From Felis catus (lineage: Eukaryota): a DNA stretch of 64,000 nucleotides. The notes under the pieces were generated by a model. It saw nothing but the letters and a program-made list of their open reading frames with translations, did not search any database and was not told the origin of the DNA. Each line of letters begins with the position of its first letter. Position 1 is the first letter of the stretch. The DNA is taken from the NCBI RefSeq assembly GCF_018350175.1, contig NC_058385.1, positions 82,708,001 to 82,772,000 of the forward strand. Reading direction: 5' to 3'. Both the position numbers and the translations under genes were made by a program. Shown piece after piece: positions 11,401 through 24,390 of this stretch.

Positions 11401-14400
11401 TGGGGGGCTCAGTCAGTTAAGCGTCCTACTTCACCTCAGGTCATGATCTCACAGTTCATGGGTTCAAACCCCACATCGGGCTCTGTGCCGACAGCTCAGA
11501 GCCTGGAGCCTGCTTCCGATTCTGTGTCTCCCTCTCTCTCTGCCCCTCCCCTACTTGTGCTCTCTCTCTCTCAAAAAAAAAAAACAATAAACTTTTTAAA
11601 AAATGTAGTTTTCAGACAATATGCTTTGCATTTCTTTTTTTTTTTTTCCTTTATTCATTTTTGAGAAACAGAGAGAGACAGAGTGCGAGTGGGGGGGGGG
11701 GCAGAGAGAGAGGGAGACACAGAATGCGAAGCAGGCATCAGGCTCCGAGCTGTCAGCACAGAGCCTGATGTTGGGCTCGAACCCACAGACCGTGAGATCA
11801 TGACCTGAGCCGAAGTCAGATGCTTAACCAACCGAGCCACCCAGGGGCCCTACATTTCTTTTGTTAAATTTATTTCTAAATATTTTATTCTTTTGATGCT
11901 GTTTTTTATTTTTGAAATATTCATTGCAAATGTTTGGAAATACAGTTGACTTTTGTAGACCCTGATGAATCTGGCACTCTCTGTATCCTGAGGACCACAC
12001 AACCCTTGTTCAGATAGTGACATGCTATCTGATTGAATTTTGGATCTTGTATGGCTCTCTCGGTGGCCACAGTTTCTCTGGTCATTCTGTGGACACTTCC
12101 TTCCGTGGTCCGATTAAGCTCTCGGTGGCTGAAGGCACAGATAGATCTCAGTTCCTATCCTGACCAATTTCTTTTTCATCACCAAGTTTCATCTCCACTC
12201 GCGTACACATCATTTTCTTCTTCTTTATGGAACACTTGCTGTGGCCCACGCACTGTTCTAGGAGGAGGGACACAGTGGCCCACAGACCCACCCCTGCTCT
12301 TACGAGGCGTCCGTTCTAATGGGGGGAGACGGGTCAAACTGTAAGTCAATGTAGAGCATCCACAGCCTCTCAGGAGGAAATTGCGCAGGAGAAAGGAACG
12401 GGACGGCTGGGGTGAGGGGACTGGCGATTTCGGGTGGAGGACCTCACCGAGGAGGTCACGAATGACGAATGGCGAATGACGGCATGGGTGGAGCGCGGGG
12501 CCGCCACGCAGCGGGTCCGCCACGCGGGTCGAGCGCTCCAGGCCGAGGGAGCAGTCAGCGCACAGACGGAGGCCTGCGTGTGCCCGGAGCGCTCCCGGAG
12601 CAGAAAGGAGTCCCGGGGGCAGAAGCAGAGTGTGCAAGGGGGAGACGGGGAGAACTGAGGTCAGAGAGGTGACAGGCCAGATCATGGAGGGCCCCGCATG
12701 ATCTAGCACTAAAAACAAGATGGTGAGCTGATGGGCCCTTTAACTGGTACACACTGGCAGCCGTTGGAGGGGGAAAGCTGGCATCAGGAGACCAGCCGGG
12801 AGGTTCCTGTGTCTGGCCGGGCACCATTGGTATGGACCAGGGCGAGGCCGTGCAGGGGTGCGCGTGCACGACTCAGGGCCCACGAGCAGGTGCGGCAAGC
12901 AGGCCGGAGGCGGGGTGTGCCTGATGAGTGTTGGGGCTGACTGCACCGTCTGGGGTCCAGCCTGAGGAGCCAGCGGGGCGTGGAGCCGGTCCCCGCTGCC
13001 CACGACCCATGGGCTCGCCGAGGACGAGCAGACTCGGGGAGCCCGAGGCGCCCCCGGGAAGGCAGATGAGGCGGGGCCGGCAGCGCCTGGAGGAAACCAG
13101 GTCACCGGGAGCCTGATGCCAAACCAAGACGGGGTTTCACGGAGGAGGAGCGCTCCGCTGTGTGAGCACCACCCACGAGGAAGGTGGGGCCTCAAAACCG
13201 GCGGCGGGTTCTGCAGTGTGGGGCCGCCGCTGCCCTCAGTGAGCGTCTGGGTGGAAGGAGGAAGAAAGCCTGGCCGGAGAGGGTGTGGGAGGAAGAGGAG
13301 AAAATGGAGGGAGATGACAAGTGGGGACGTCTTAGAGGGACACGGAGGAGAGACGTGGGGGGCCAGCCACGTGGGAACCTGATCCCCAGGTCTGGGGGGG
13401 CGGCCTGGGTGTGCTGGGGGGGCACCACTGGACGCTCCTGCGGTTCCCGACTGTGCGGCTCCTCTCCCACATCATCCGGACCCTCAGGGGAGACAGCCCA
13501 GCAGGACAGACGGCAGGTCCCACCTGCCTCCCTACTTCCTCCTGTCGTCCTCGTCCTCGGCTCCTTGAGGCCCTCCCCTAACCTGCGCCCCGCTGCCCTT
13601 CCCTTTCGGGCTCTTCCTCCCCACGGCTCCTTCTCTTTGGCCCACACCCTCATTGTCTCTTTGATCCTAAAGCAAAAATCTCCAAAAAGCCAAAATCTCC
13701 AAAAACCAGAAATCATAAAAGAGCCAACCGACTGGTTGACTTGATTGTGCAATTTTAATGTATTCGTTTGGAAAACACAAGTAACAAAACTTGAAACAAA
13801 AGTAAAGTGACCGGACCTTTTGCCACACGGTCCCTGGGCAGACGTCTGAGCCACAGCCCAGGGACTTCCGGGGGAATGCCACAATGTTTCTGAGGGGTCT
13901 TAAAGAAGGTAGATTTAGCAGTGTGCATTAAGGACCTCTAGGATGTCTACTTTAAGGGGGAAGAATCGATAAGAAGGACTTTTGTAGTATAACCTCAGCA
14001 TCACTCACCGTCAGGGAGATGCCCAAACCACAAGGAGCCAGCGCCTCACAGTCAGAACGACATCAACGACACCAGAAGCCACAGGCGTGGGCGAGGATGT
14101 GGAGGAAGCGGAATCCTCTCGCCCTGCTGGTGGGAATGCAAACTGGTGCAGCTGCTCTGGAGATCAGCATGGGGGGGGGGTCCTCAAAACGTTGAAAACA
14201 GAGCTACTCTTCAACCCAGCAATTGCACTACTAGGTATTTACCCAAAGGACACAAAAATACAGATTCGATGCCCCAGTGTTTGTGGCAGCACTTTCAACA
14301 ATAGCCAAGTTACGGAAAGAGCCCAAGTGTCCGTCGACTGATGAATGGATGAAGAAGACGTGTGTATACACACGACGGACTATTATTCAGCCAAGAACAG

Positions 14401-17400
14401 AATGAAATCTTGCCCATTTGCAATAACACGGATGAAGCTAGAGAGTATTGTTCTAAGCAAGATAAGTCTGTCAGAGAAAGACAATGTGATTTCACTCACG
14501 TGTGGAATTGAAGAAAAAAACCAAACGAGCAAATGGGGGGGAAGAAAGAAAGAAAGAGAGAAACAGAGAGGCAAAGCGAGAAACAGACTCTGAACTCCAG
14601 AGAAGACACTGCAGGTCACCAGAGGGGAGGGGAGTGGGGGCGGGTGAGCTAGGTGAGGGGGGGGATGAAGGGGTGCACTTGTGATGTATGGAAGGGACGG
14701 TTTTCTATGTTATTTTCCAAAATCTAATATTACACTGTTAAATGACTGGAATTGAAATTGAAAACTTAATAAAAAAAAAGATTTAGGTAGAATTAGTTGT
14801 CATTGGGAAAATTGGCCAATTTGATGCCCATCGATCAAGGAGGCTCCACATGGTGGCAGGTGGGGGAGCTGGGAACCGCAGCGGCCACGGAGCAGCGTCC
14901 TCAGGGAAGGGTGCAGCTGGAAGGCCGCGTGGGGGCCCAGCCGGACGACAAGTGGACGGAAGGACACGGGCGACAGAGAAGGCCCAGGAGCAAAGAACGG
15001 GGTTTACAGTTTTAAGTGATTGAAGGAGAATCAGGAATACTATTTCTGGACATGCGGAAAGTACCCAAAACTCAAACATCAGCGTCTCTGAATAAAGTTT
15101 TATTGGTACAGACCCACCGTATTTGTTTCCGTCACGTCTGGGGCCACGCTGGTACCACAGCCCCCAAGGTGATTGGTCACAAGAGAGACCGGACGCAAAA
15201 CTGGCCGTATTCACCACCAGCCCTTAATAGACGAGGTCCGTCTACCCCTGATCTATAAACTCACGGAGAGAGTCTTCAAGGCAACGCGGAGCTTTTCATC
15301 ACGCCTAATGGCAGGATGACAGGACTATGACGGTTCCTAATCTTTCTTTGGGCTTTTCCGTAGCTCCATCCTTTCTCTGTAGTGAGCGAGCGCGTGACGC
15401 CTAACGACAACCGCCTAACTGGCAGTTTTCACACTGCGCCCTCCCCCAGCTTCCGTGCCCCCAGGGGTCTTCTCCCCCCAAACAGTGGTCGTTCAAGGGC
15501 TCGCTCCTCAGGAACCCAAGGGAAATGGGCTGTCTGCCCCCCCACCCCCGCCCAGGGATCCAGGAGTATGAAGCAGCCGTGTCTGGGCCAGCCCACCCTC
15601 TTGAACCTGCATTCGCTATTCCCGGGGACGCTGCGGGCAGGCACGGACGAGCCACCATCGGTGCCGCTGAGGCTCTGTGCCTGTCCCAGCTCTGGCCTCC
15701 CTGAGCGTCCCACACCTGGTGCAGCTCTGCTGTCCCCACAAGGACAGTGGTCAGGAGTCCCGGGCCCACTGCTCCCCACCAGGGAATGGATGGGTCCACT
15801 TGGCCACCTGGGGGACCACCGCCGGGAGACCCTCCCCAGTGAGGGGTCAGTAGCTCAGTGCAGTGGGCACATGGAGGGCTGGGCAGCTGTGGAAGGTCCC
15901 TGTGACTTGGTGGGGGGGCAGGTGTGCAGAGAAGTGAGCCCAGGGGGACGAGGCTGCCTCAGAGGACGGAGAAGAAGCGGGCCAGACCCTCCGGTGGGAT
16001 CTGCCGAGTTGCCCCACAGACCCCGTCGGCGGGGGAGGGTCATCGTCCGGCCACCCAAGAGACAGGGGCAGAGCTGGTCAGCTCGTCAGAGGCAGGCAGG
16101 CACCCGGGCCCTCCCCCAGTGGGCCCGCCGGGGTCTCAGTGCTTTCTCTGTGTCCCCCAGGTGTCTTCCTGCCCCTGTCCCCGGCAGCAGCACATGAGCC
16201 CGTCCTGGAAGAAGTGGGCGTTGTGGCTCTGGCACCCCTGGCCGACATGCTAAGCAGCCCGCAGCCCGGCCCCACGGCAGACCCCATCGTGAGCCCCCTG
16301 ACGGGCCCCCTCAGCACCTTGCTGCCCGGTCCAGGGCCCATGTCACAGAGCGGCCTGTTCTCCAGCATCCTGACCGGCCCCCTGACTCCGAGCAGCCCCC
16401 TGGCCGGGCCCCTGGCAGTGGCCCCAGGAGGCACACTGGGCAGCTCCATGGGCACGGTCTCCACCGGCCCTCTGACTCCGAGCAGCACCCTGGCCGGCCT
16501 CATGGCAGTGTCCCCAAGAGGCACACTGGGAAGCTCCATGGGCCTGCCCTCCACCGGCCCCCCGACTCCGAGCAGCCCCCTGGCCGGGCCCCTGGCAGTG
16601 GCCCCAGGAGACACACTGGGCAGCTCCATGGGCACGGCCTCCACCGGCCCCCTGACCCCGAGCAGCCCCCTGATGGCACCTACGACAGGCACAGTGGCCA
16701 TCTCTCTGAGCAGCCCTCTGCTCACCTCCACAGCTGCCCCTCTAGGTGTTTCTCAGAACCTTGTGGCCAACCCCGTGAGCAATCTGGTGCTGCCGGCGGC
16801 CCAGAGGGTGCGGCTGACAGAGCCGTTCCGAGGATGCCCATCTGGACCCCCTCCCTCCGCTGGAGCAGGGCCTGCTGGCACCACCAAAGGTACCCGGTGC
16901 AGGGGGAGGGACAGGAGGGCACCCCCAGCCCCCGCCAGGCCGGTCCTGGGTCCTGACTTGCTCTGACCCTCCTTCTCTCCTCTCTGCCCCACAACGTCAC
17001 TAGTCCCAATGTCCACTGAGCACCCACAGCCGACCCAGAACCTGGAGCCTCTCGGCGTGACATTTGTGGGCGTGCCCTTGCACACCTCTACCCCCATGGA
17101 GACCAAGGGCGCAGCTGGCCCCGGGACGGCCTTCTCCTTCAGCACCTCGGACGCCCGGGCCCAGCCCGGTGCCCCCCAGGGACAAGCAGTTCCTGCCCCT
17201 GCCCCCGTCGCCCCTACTGCTGCCCCCCAAGCTACCACCGACTACGCCTCCCCCGGCACCACCCACGTTGCCCAGTGCCCACCCCCGTCCCCCACCCGGG
17301 CACACTGCCCCCCCACCCAGCCCTCATCCACCCCCCACTCCCCTCCTCGAAATCCCCATTCCCCACCTCGAACCTCGTCCTCCCCGGCTTCAGTCAACGA

Positions 17401-20400
17401 CCCCCGGGGTCCACGCGGCACAGAAACATCTCGGAAAAGCATGGTGGAGTTGGAACGGAAGCTAGCCCACAGGAAGATCAGCAAGTTTCCGGACAGCCCC
17501 CGAGGTCTGTGACACAAGTGCAGCACCACCAGTTGGGCGGGGTCTCCCCCGCTGCCCCTGTGGCCCTCCCTGGCCCCGGCCTGGGCCGAGGACCACTCCC
17601 TCCACCCCCTGTTGTCCTCAGAGTCGAGGCAGCTGGCCTGGGAGCGGCTGGTGGGGGAGATCGCCTTCCAGCTGGACCGCAGGATCCTGTCCAGTATCTT
17701 CCCCGAGCGCGTGCGCCTGTACGGCTTCACCGTCTCCAACATCCCAGAGAAGATCATCCAGGTGCCCGGTGCCCGGTTCCCCCTCACCACCAGAGGCCCT
17801 GTCCCTGTCACCCGTTAGGGTTGGGGGGGGGTGCGGGCCTTGGAGGAGCCGCTGGGGGGCCCTGCGCGCCAGCCTGGCCAAGCCCATCAGAGTCCGCGGG
17901 CACCCTGTGGTGGAGGAGGCATGGCGTTCAGCCCCAGTGGCCAAAAGGCGTCCAGGGCACTGGGAGCCTTGGAAGACACTGGGAGGGGAGCCGTCACGGG
18001 GTGTGGGCTGTGCCTGGCTGGATGCCCAGAGGAGGCTGTCCAGAACGATCGATCGCCTGTGCCTCCTCTCCCACCAGCGCGCCAACTCTGGCTGGGCCCC
18101 CACGCCGGGGGACGGGAGAGGCGAGCCTTTGGGGCTTTCCTTGGGAAATAGGCCTCTGTTCCTGGCCACCTTCTCTCCAGCGTTTTTATCTGTAGACTAT
18201 AGACCTGGTGTGTGATCGGCAGGAATAGCTCAGGGCTACTGTGGGCTCATCTGAGTCCCGGTTTGAGCTCACCTTTTCCTTTGGTGTGTGTCTCCTTTGG
18301 TTCGGTTTTTAATTTTAATGTGGTCAGAATGATCTACCTTTCCCTTTGTTTGTACTTTTCACGACTCCCTTAAAGCTAGAGCGGTAGAGGGCTGGGCCCA
18401 GCCCTGAATCCATCCCGCTTACCCCCCACCCCCCCCAGCCCCATGTGTGTGGGCTCTCCAACCGCCGCTCTGACTGTCCCCAGCCCATGCTGTCCTCCTT
18501 GGTGCAGTGACAGAGCCCGGCACCTCTCTTCTTCCAGATTGTTTCAGCTCCTCTGGGCCTCTCGCTCAGTGTGAATTTTAGGAGCACCCGTCAAGCTCCA
18601 GGAAAAACCTCATTCAAGTATTTGGTTTTGCATCACTTCCCAGATTGAACAGGGGGACGTTTCACGTCTTTACGGCGTCGGTTGTTCTGATACCCCTGCC
18701 ATTTCTGCTGCCCATGTCAGTGGGGTCCACCGTGGTCACGTTTGGTCTGAGGGTCCTTGATGCACAGCCAGGACCCCCGCCGCCAAGGCTGGGTCTCAAG
18801 TGCAGACTGGCCATGGCTAGTTAGCAACTGGCAAACCACACGGGCGTAAGCACAATATTTACGTCTCTACAGTGTTGCAGCTGGTATCCAGTTGGCGAAG
18901 AGGACATTGGATTACAATGTCTGGTTTAAAGTGTGGTAGAGCTTTCCCACTGTTTGAAACCCACCTTTAGACGGAAGGTGATAAAGACGTATCACCGTTG
19001 ACACGGGACTCTGCCCTGAGTCCGCTGTGCGAGCCCTCTGGTCCCCGGCCCCTCTCCACTTAGCGGGAGCCAGCAGTTCTGCCCAGGACTCCACAGTCAC
19101 AGCACCAGCCGGTAACTCCTAGAGGAGAGGCAGGAAGATGAGGGCGGGATGTACCGAAGGCACTTTTCTCCGGCGTCTGAGGAAGTCAAGGAGCTCGGTG
19201 CCCCCTGGGCCAGTGCTTGTGGGGGAGGGGCTGTGGCTGGCACCACTCATTCCGTCCCCAGTCCCGGAGCCATTGGCCCCATTCACCTTCCATCAGCAAT
19301 GACCAGTGCTGCCAGGGTCCTACACTTGTGCCCAAGCTCCTGAGAAGCGCCCTGCCGAACCCACCCGCACAGACGTTGTCTTCGGGCTCTGACACCCCCC
19401 AGCTGGCCCGCCGCAGGGTGACCCTGTCTGGTTCCACCCGAGGAGCACGAACGCTCTCAAGGCCATCCATCCTGCCTGCTGGCCCGGCCCATTTGTTGAT
19501 TCCTATCAGGATCCAATTCCACTTTGCCTAGACTTTTATTTCCTTTCCTGAAAACATCTTGTTTTTCTGCGCGTTGAACTCCAGTGTTGGTCGTTGTTAG
19601 AATCCCTAAATTCTATCCAGACCCACCACCCCTGGTCAAACCTGGTGTCCGAACCTGGCTCGTTTGCTTCACGGATGCTGGATAGTTTGACGACTGACAA
19701 GTTTCAATAGAGCCCCGTTGCCGAATGAGGACTTGTTGACTGTTTTCAGTGAATCTGGTCATCTGTTTTATAAGTTCACAGTCAGCTGTGCCATCTTTTA
19801 AACTCAACTAAAAGTTGTTCCGGTGCCCAGACCTGTCACCTCTTCTCCCCAGCTGCAAACATCTTCTGCTCCAGGTGGGGGTGGGGTGCTCTGAGTACCT
19901 TCCTTTCAGCTTGCAATCACAGCAGACCTGAGCCCAGCACCCGTGTGAGGGTCACGGAGGCACCTCATGGCTGTGTCCAGGTGGGTCCTGGGCCCCCTAG
20001 TGCTCTCTGGAGCCCCACGCACTGGCCTGCTGACAACAGTTGTGGTGTTTGCATAATGGTTTGTTTCCAGCTACCACGCCAAACTCTTGTTCTGGTTCTA
20101 ATAGCCTGTATATCATCTTGGCTTTTCTATGTAGACGGTCATATTGTACAGTGTTTACAAGAAGCAGATAATACAGCAACCTCATCCTGTTTCTGGCTTG
20201 ACTGCAAACACACACGTCAAGTCTGTCCATTAAGTACAATGTGTGTCCAGGCTTTTTGCCAAATCTTCTTCAGTCACAGTTCTTGGTTGCAGATAACAGA
20301 ATCAACACTAGCTGATGTAAACAGAAAGAGCTTTATTATACTTGTTTAGGTGAGGACACAAAACTGGGCACAGAAGTTGGTATGGCTGCCCCTGAAGAAC

Positions 20401-23400
20401 CAGGGTCATAGCCACTGCACTCTCGGGGACCCCTGCTCTCCCTGGGCACCACTGTCTCCCGGCATCCACATCCGCCTGTAAGTTCCACTCACGGGCCCTG
20501 CTGGGCAGAAGCCCAGGTCGCAGAGGTCGCTAAGCCACAGGCGAGTCTGGAAAAGGCTTTCAGCTTCAGAAAAGCACTAGAAGCACTAGAACGGAAGCCT
20601 GATGAGGCAGCTTCAGCCCCTGCCACATCAGGTTAAGTTTTTCCTCTTCCTCATTCATTGACACCTTTGGGGGGTTTTCTTAATCATGAATACTTTTATG
20701 AATGTATTTTCTGCCTTTCATTGAAAAGATCACACGAGTTTTCCCTCCCTCCCTCCCAACATTTCGGAAGGACACATGAGAAGGTATTCTGATCATAAAC
20801 CGCACTGTATCCTGGTGTTTTTGTTTTTGAGAGAGGGGGAGAAAGAGGGCGCGCGATCAGGTGTGGGAGGGGCAGTGGGGGGGGGGGGATGGGGAGACAC
20901 AGAATCCAAAACAGGATCCAGGCTCTGAGCTAACGTGGGGCTTGAACTCACGAGCCGTGAGATCATGACCTGAGCCGAAGTCCCACGCTTAACCAGCTGA
21001 GCCCCCCAGGCGCCCCACCCTCGTGTTTTTAACGCCTCCAGATGCCGTTTGCGGTTATTTACGACTTCTGCAGCTTCGCTACTTATCTCGCGAACACGCC
21101 GAGCTGCCGTGACAGAAAGAAGGGGCGTCAGGAAGCCGCGTGTCCCTCTCCCCGTGGGGCCGCGGCCGCTCCCCACCCCCTGGCGCGCGTCTGGGCCCCG
21201 GGTCCCGGACTCCGCCCAGGGGGCGGGGCTGACTGTCTCAGTCTCACCCCATTGGCCCGGTCTCGGTGACGTCAGGCCTTGCTGCCGTCGCGGACGCGGG
21301 GTCGCAGGTGGGAGTTTCCTTCCGCAGGGGAAGGCGGGGCTTCGGTGCGCTCGCGGGGTTTTCTTGCTGATCCTCTGTTGATCCTTAGGATTCCTTTTCC
21401 TCGGTTCAGGTCTTTCTTTCCTTCTGCTTCCTTTTGGTTTGCTTTATTCCTCCTTCTTGGGCTGAGCACTTAAGTCATTTTATTTTACACAGCCTGTGTT
21501 TGGAAATACGTGTGGGGCAAGGCAGTTCGCTCTATATTTAACCAGTGGTGCAGCAGGTGGACCCGCCCGGCCCGGTGGCCTCCCACCCACGGGCGGGGGC
21601 TTCTCAGGTGTAAGGATTTCACAAACTGCTTTGGATTTTCTCTCTAACCCAAGAGTCAGGATGCACGCTCCAGTCTCCGCCCTCTGAGGGACGCGCGGCC
21701 GCCTCTTGAGCGTTGCTTTCTAACGGGAACAAGGGCTGAACCTTTGCCGCCGTTTCCCTTAGCACTGAACACGTGGTCGGCGTCGTTTCCAGAATGGAAA
21801 GACTGGGTGGTGAACACATGTGCTCAGTTTCTTGCAGGTGCGTGCGTATTTGGTAGCACCCGTTCTCTCCTCCACATCTGGTCCAGCACCAGGTCCTCTG
21901 CTGAGTCTCCCTCTAAAGATGTTTCCCATGTATACGCCTGCGTCTACATTCACCTAGGCCCTGGACTAAACTGCTGGCACCTTACTATCCTTCCCCTCCA
22001 TCTCTTTACTCCTATTATGGAGCATTCAGTGCATACCAAGTTTATATCAGACGGTCTCTGCGCTCCAGGAGCTCGCCCACTCCTGGGGAGGCCTTCAATA
22101 AATAAGAAAAGCCATAAATATGTATGCTACAGGTCCAGGGGGTGACACATGCTACGGGGGGCAGGAGAGTTGAGGCTGGGAGCTAGGCACTGAGATGGCT
22201 TTGCTGCCTCCTCCCTGCCTGTATATACCCTGGCCTCATCCTGGCCAACTATGTCACCCCTCCTCCATTCCTTTGAAACACAATTCTGCTCAACGTGAGA
22301 GCCCACTGATGTGTCCGTCCCCTGGAGCCGGGACCGCCTCAAGGGGGTGCACACCGGTACAGATGCTGTGCTCAGCACCCCCTAGAGACATTTCCTTTAC
22401 TCTTCAAAGCAGCTGTCAGGTGGTTTGCTTTCCTCCGTGTCAGAGCAGGGGAGGCTCAGACCCAGTGTGGGGACAGAAGCGGTCCCTGAACCCAGCCCTC
22501 CCTGTGGGCCCCTCTCCTTGCTCTGTGCTCTGCCTCCTGGTACCTTCCAAGCCACGCATGCTGTTCCTTGTCCTGGAAGTTTCTTTCCTCCTGAATCCTC
22601 GTCCCTCAGACCTCAGCCCAGCACCCTCTCCCCTCCAGAGTCCCCTCCCCGCGGCAACACTCACAGTAGCGTCCCTCTCCTTGGCGCTGTCATCACCATA
22701 AACTCAGAGGGCTTTGCTCACACTTGAATCCCATCACCTGGTATGGTGCCCTGCACAGGGGAGGGCTGCGAATTATCTGCAGGACAGAGCCCTCCCCCTC
22801 TCTTGCTCCGGTGCCGGCTGCTCCCTCGCTTCTGTGGAGTGCTTGTCCTGCTTGTCCCCCCTCACTTGCCTCACCTGTGCTCCTCTCTCAAGAGGTCAGC
22901 TCCTCGGGGCAGCCGCAGCCTTGCGTCTCAGTGTAAGTGTGCCCACACTGCTCTTCCCCGTCCAGTACCCTGGCAGGGTGGGCGCAGGGTGCCCACCCCT
23001 GACTTCTGCTCCTGTCTGGAGCTCCATGCGCTGCGTCTAGCACACAGCAGGAGCTCAGCCACAGCCCCGGAGTGAGCATATAATGGGTTCTGATGTCCTC
23101 GGGGGCTGGGGCTTAAAGCTACCCACTCACTGTGCTCTGCGCCGTCCAGCGGCCCCACTCGTCACCCACAGATGGTGGCTGAACTCCTGCAGCCTGCCTG
23201 ATGGTACAGGAGCAGGTGAAAGGAGGGAGAAGGCTCAGGGGCCGGGAGGAGCCTAGAGGCAGGGAGATGAGCTTACTCCAGTGACCGTGCAGCAGGGGTG
23301 CTGAGCACAGGGCTCCAGGTACGTCTGCCAGCGGTCAGGCGTCACTTTGGCTGAGCCGAGCCAGGAGTCCCGTGCTCTATTCACAAGACCACCTGGGGAG

Positions 23401-24390
23401 GAAAGGACAGGGGACATTCTCGGAGAAAGTGACGCCTCAGCAGCTCATCCCAGCAGGTTAGGAACCAGCAGGCGGGCATCCAGGAATGGTTGGAAGGGGA
23501 TGAGCAGGGCCAGAGTGGGGACCTTGCAGGTCAGGCCTGGCCCCAAGAGGTGGGACGTGTAGGAGGGCCTCAGGCAAGAGACCCCATCTACTTCAGACCT
23601 GACATTCTGTGGGCCTGGGGGCAGCTGCACGTGTGACAGAGACGTAATGCGCAGGACTCGGTGAAAATGAAATACAGGGCTCTCTGTTCAAACCTATAAA
23701 GAACTTCAAGATGGCTACAGCAGGACATTGAGCTGAGTGTGGGCCCTTCTGAGCCGGGGCCCTGAGTGAATGTCCAGGTCACATGCCCGAGAGGCAACGG
23801 CAGGAGTGGGGAGGAGGGGCCGCTCTCCTGGCGAGATGCCGCGGGACGCAGTCACTGCCCGGTTGGAAGGCACAGGCGGTAAAGAAGCGGGTGGAGACCC
23901 GCCGGGCTGCTGCCAGTCCCCAGACCTCTCTCCCAGGGCCTCCAGGACACCTCCCTCCAGCACATCGCCACAGCCACGCCCCTCAGCCGCACCTGCCCCT
24001 CTCTTGCCTTTGTGGCGGTGGGAGCAGGAGGGGCCCTGACGGCCGCCGCTCTCCCCTCAGGCCTCCCTGAGCCCCAGCGACCACAAGCTGGATGAAGAGC
24101 TGTGCCAGACACTCACGCAGCGCTACGTAAGCATCATGAACCGGCTGCAGAGCCTGGGCTACGACGGGCGCGTGCACCCGGCGCTCACCGAGCAGCTGGT
24201 GAACGCCTACGGGATCCTGCGTGAGAGGCCAGAGCTGGCCGCGTCCGAGGGCGGCTCCTACACCGTGGACTTCCTGCAGCGCGTGCTGGTGGAGACCGTG
24301 CACCCCAGCATGCTCACCGACGCCCTGCTGCTGCTCTCCTGCCTCAACCAGCTGGCGCATGACGATGGCAAGCCTATGTTCATCTGGTGA
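2438..24390 (+). CDS. SPATC1: Speriolin (spermatogenesis and centriole associated 1), 5 coding exons, 635 aa
   Basis: Exons 2438-2645, 16161-16889, 17004-17504, 17622-17761, 24061-24390; all GT-AG, phases 1,1,1,0, total 1908 nt. N-terminus [34 protein letters not shown]; C-terminal domain [17 protein letters not shown]...[10 protein letters not shown]; ATTAAA at 24443-24448. Confidence 0.95.
5240..5760 (-). mobile_element. Ancient LINE-2 fragment
   Basis: Degenerate L2-like motifs (gtgatgtcacagaagccaagg, gtgtcaacag...gctgaagagtccagg). Confidence 0.45.
7211..7555. repeat. GC-box minisatellite of variant 16-18 bp units
   Basis: Recurring GGCCCCGCC core followed by CCATGAG, CAGTGCTCT or TCGTGAC. 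Confidence 0.85.
7757..7971 (-). mobile_element. Can-SINE
   Basis: Reverse-complement SINE ending actgagccacccaggtgtccc. Confidence 0.88.
8290..9110 (-). mobile_element. LINE-1 3' end fragments flanking a (TTTG)n microsatellite at about 8703-8742
   Basis: ttaaattccatatgtgagtgaaatc...tccatccgcgtccttgcaaacggcaagatt; cttcaggtgtaggatataatgactca. Confidence 0.7.
9363..9583 (-). mobile_element. Can-SINE (SINEC_Fc-like)
   Basis: Near-consensus reverse SINE, TSD ctggat. Confidence 0.93.
10113..10257. other. Assembly gap (others at 48228-48400, 48763-48920, 48927-49121)
   Basis: Runs of N, all inside L1 sequence. Confidence 0.99.
10459..10660 (-). mobile_element. Can-SINE
   Basis: Reverse SINE with (GA)n. 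Confidence 0.88.
11392..11600 (+). mobile_element. Can-SINE
   Basis: ggggcgtctggggggctcagtcagtt head, (CT)n, A tail. Confidence 0.9.
11633..11848 (-). mobile_element. Can-SINE, tail-to-tail with the previous SINE
   Basis: Reverse SINE ending gagccacccaggggcccc. Confidence 0.9.
12200..13150 (-). mobile_element. LINE-2 3' portion, CpG-enriched
   Basis: gaggacctcaccgaggaggtcac...ctccaggccgagggagcag...gaggtcagagaggtgacaggccagatcatggagggcc are typical L2 motifs. Confidence 0.6.
13990..14780 (+). mobile_element. Carnivore LINE-1 3' end
   Basis: gtgggaatgcaaactggtgcagc...gatgaatggatgaagaag...A tail. Confidence 0.85.
14960..15250. mobile_element. hAT-Charlie DNA transposon, MER58-like
   Basis: aataaagttttattggtacagacccac core; terminal ...ctacccctg. 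Confidence 0.6.
16373..16671 (+). repeat. Coding tandem repeat, 90-bp (30-aa) unit x3.3, in SPATC1 exon 2
   Basis: Units start at 16373, 16463, 16553 and 16643 (partial); first unit [30 protein letters not shown]. Confidence 0.95.
20820..21016 (-). mobile_element. Can-SINE
   Basis: Reverse SINE ending gagccccccaggcgcccc. Confidence 0.88.

Larger units (their letters stand above)
9140..11960 (-). mobile_element. Old LINE-1 (3' UTR/ORF2), interrupted by four SINEs and a gap
   Basis: Minus-strand translations such as [10 protein letters not shown]...[10 protein letters not shown] and [12 protein letters not shown] match the L1 ORF2 C-terminus. Confidence 0.85.
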
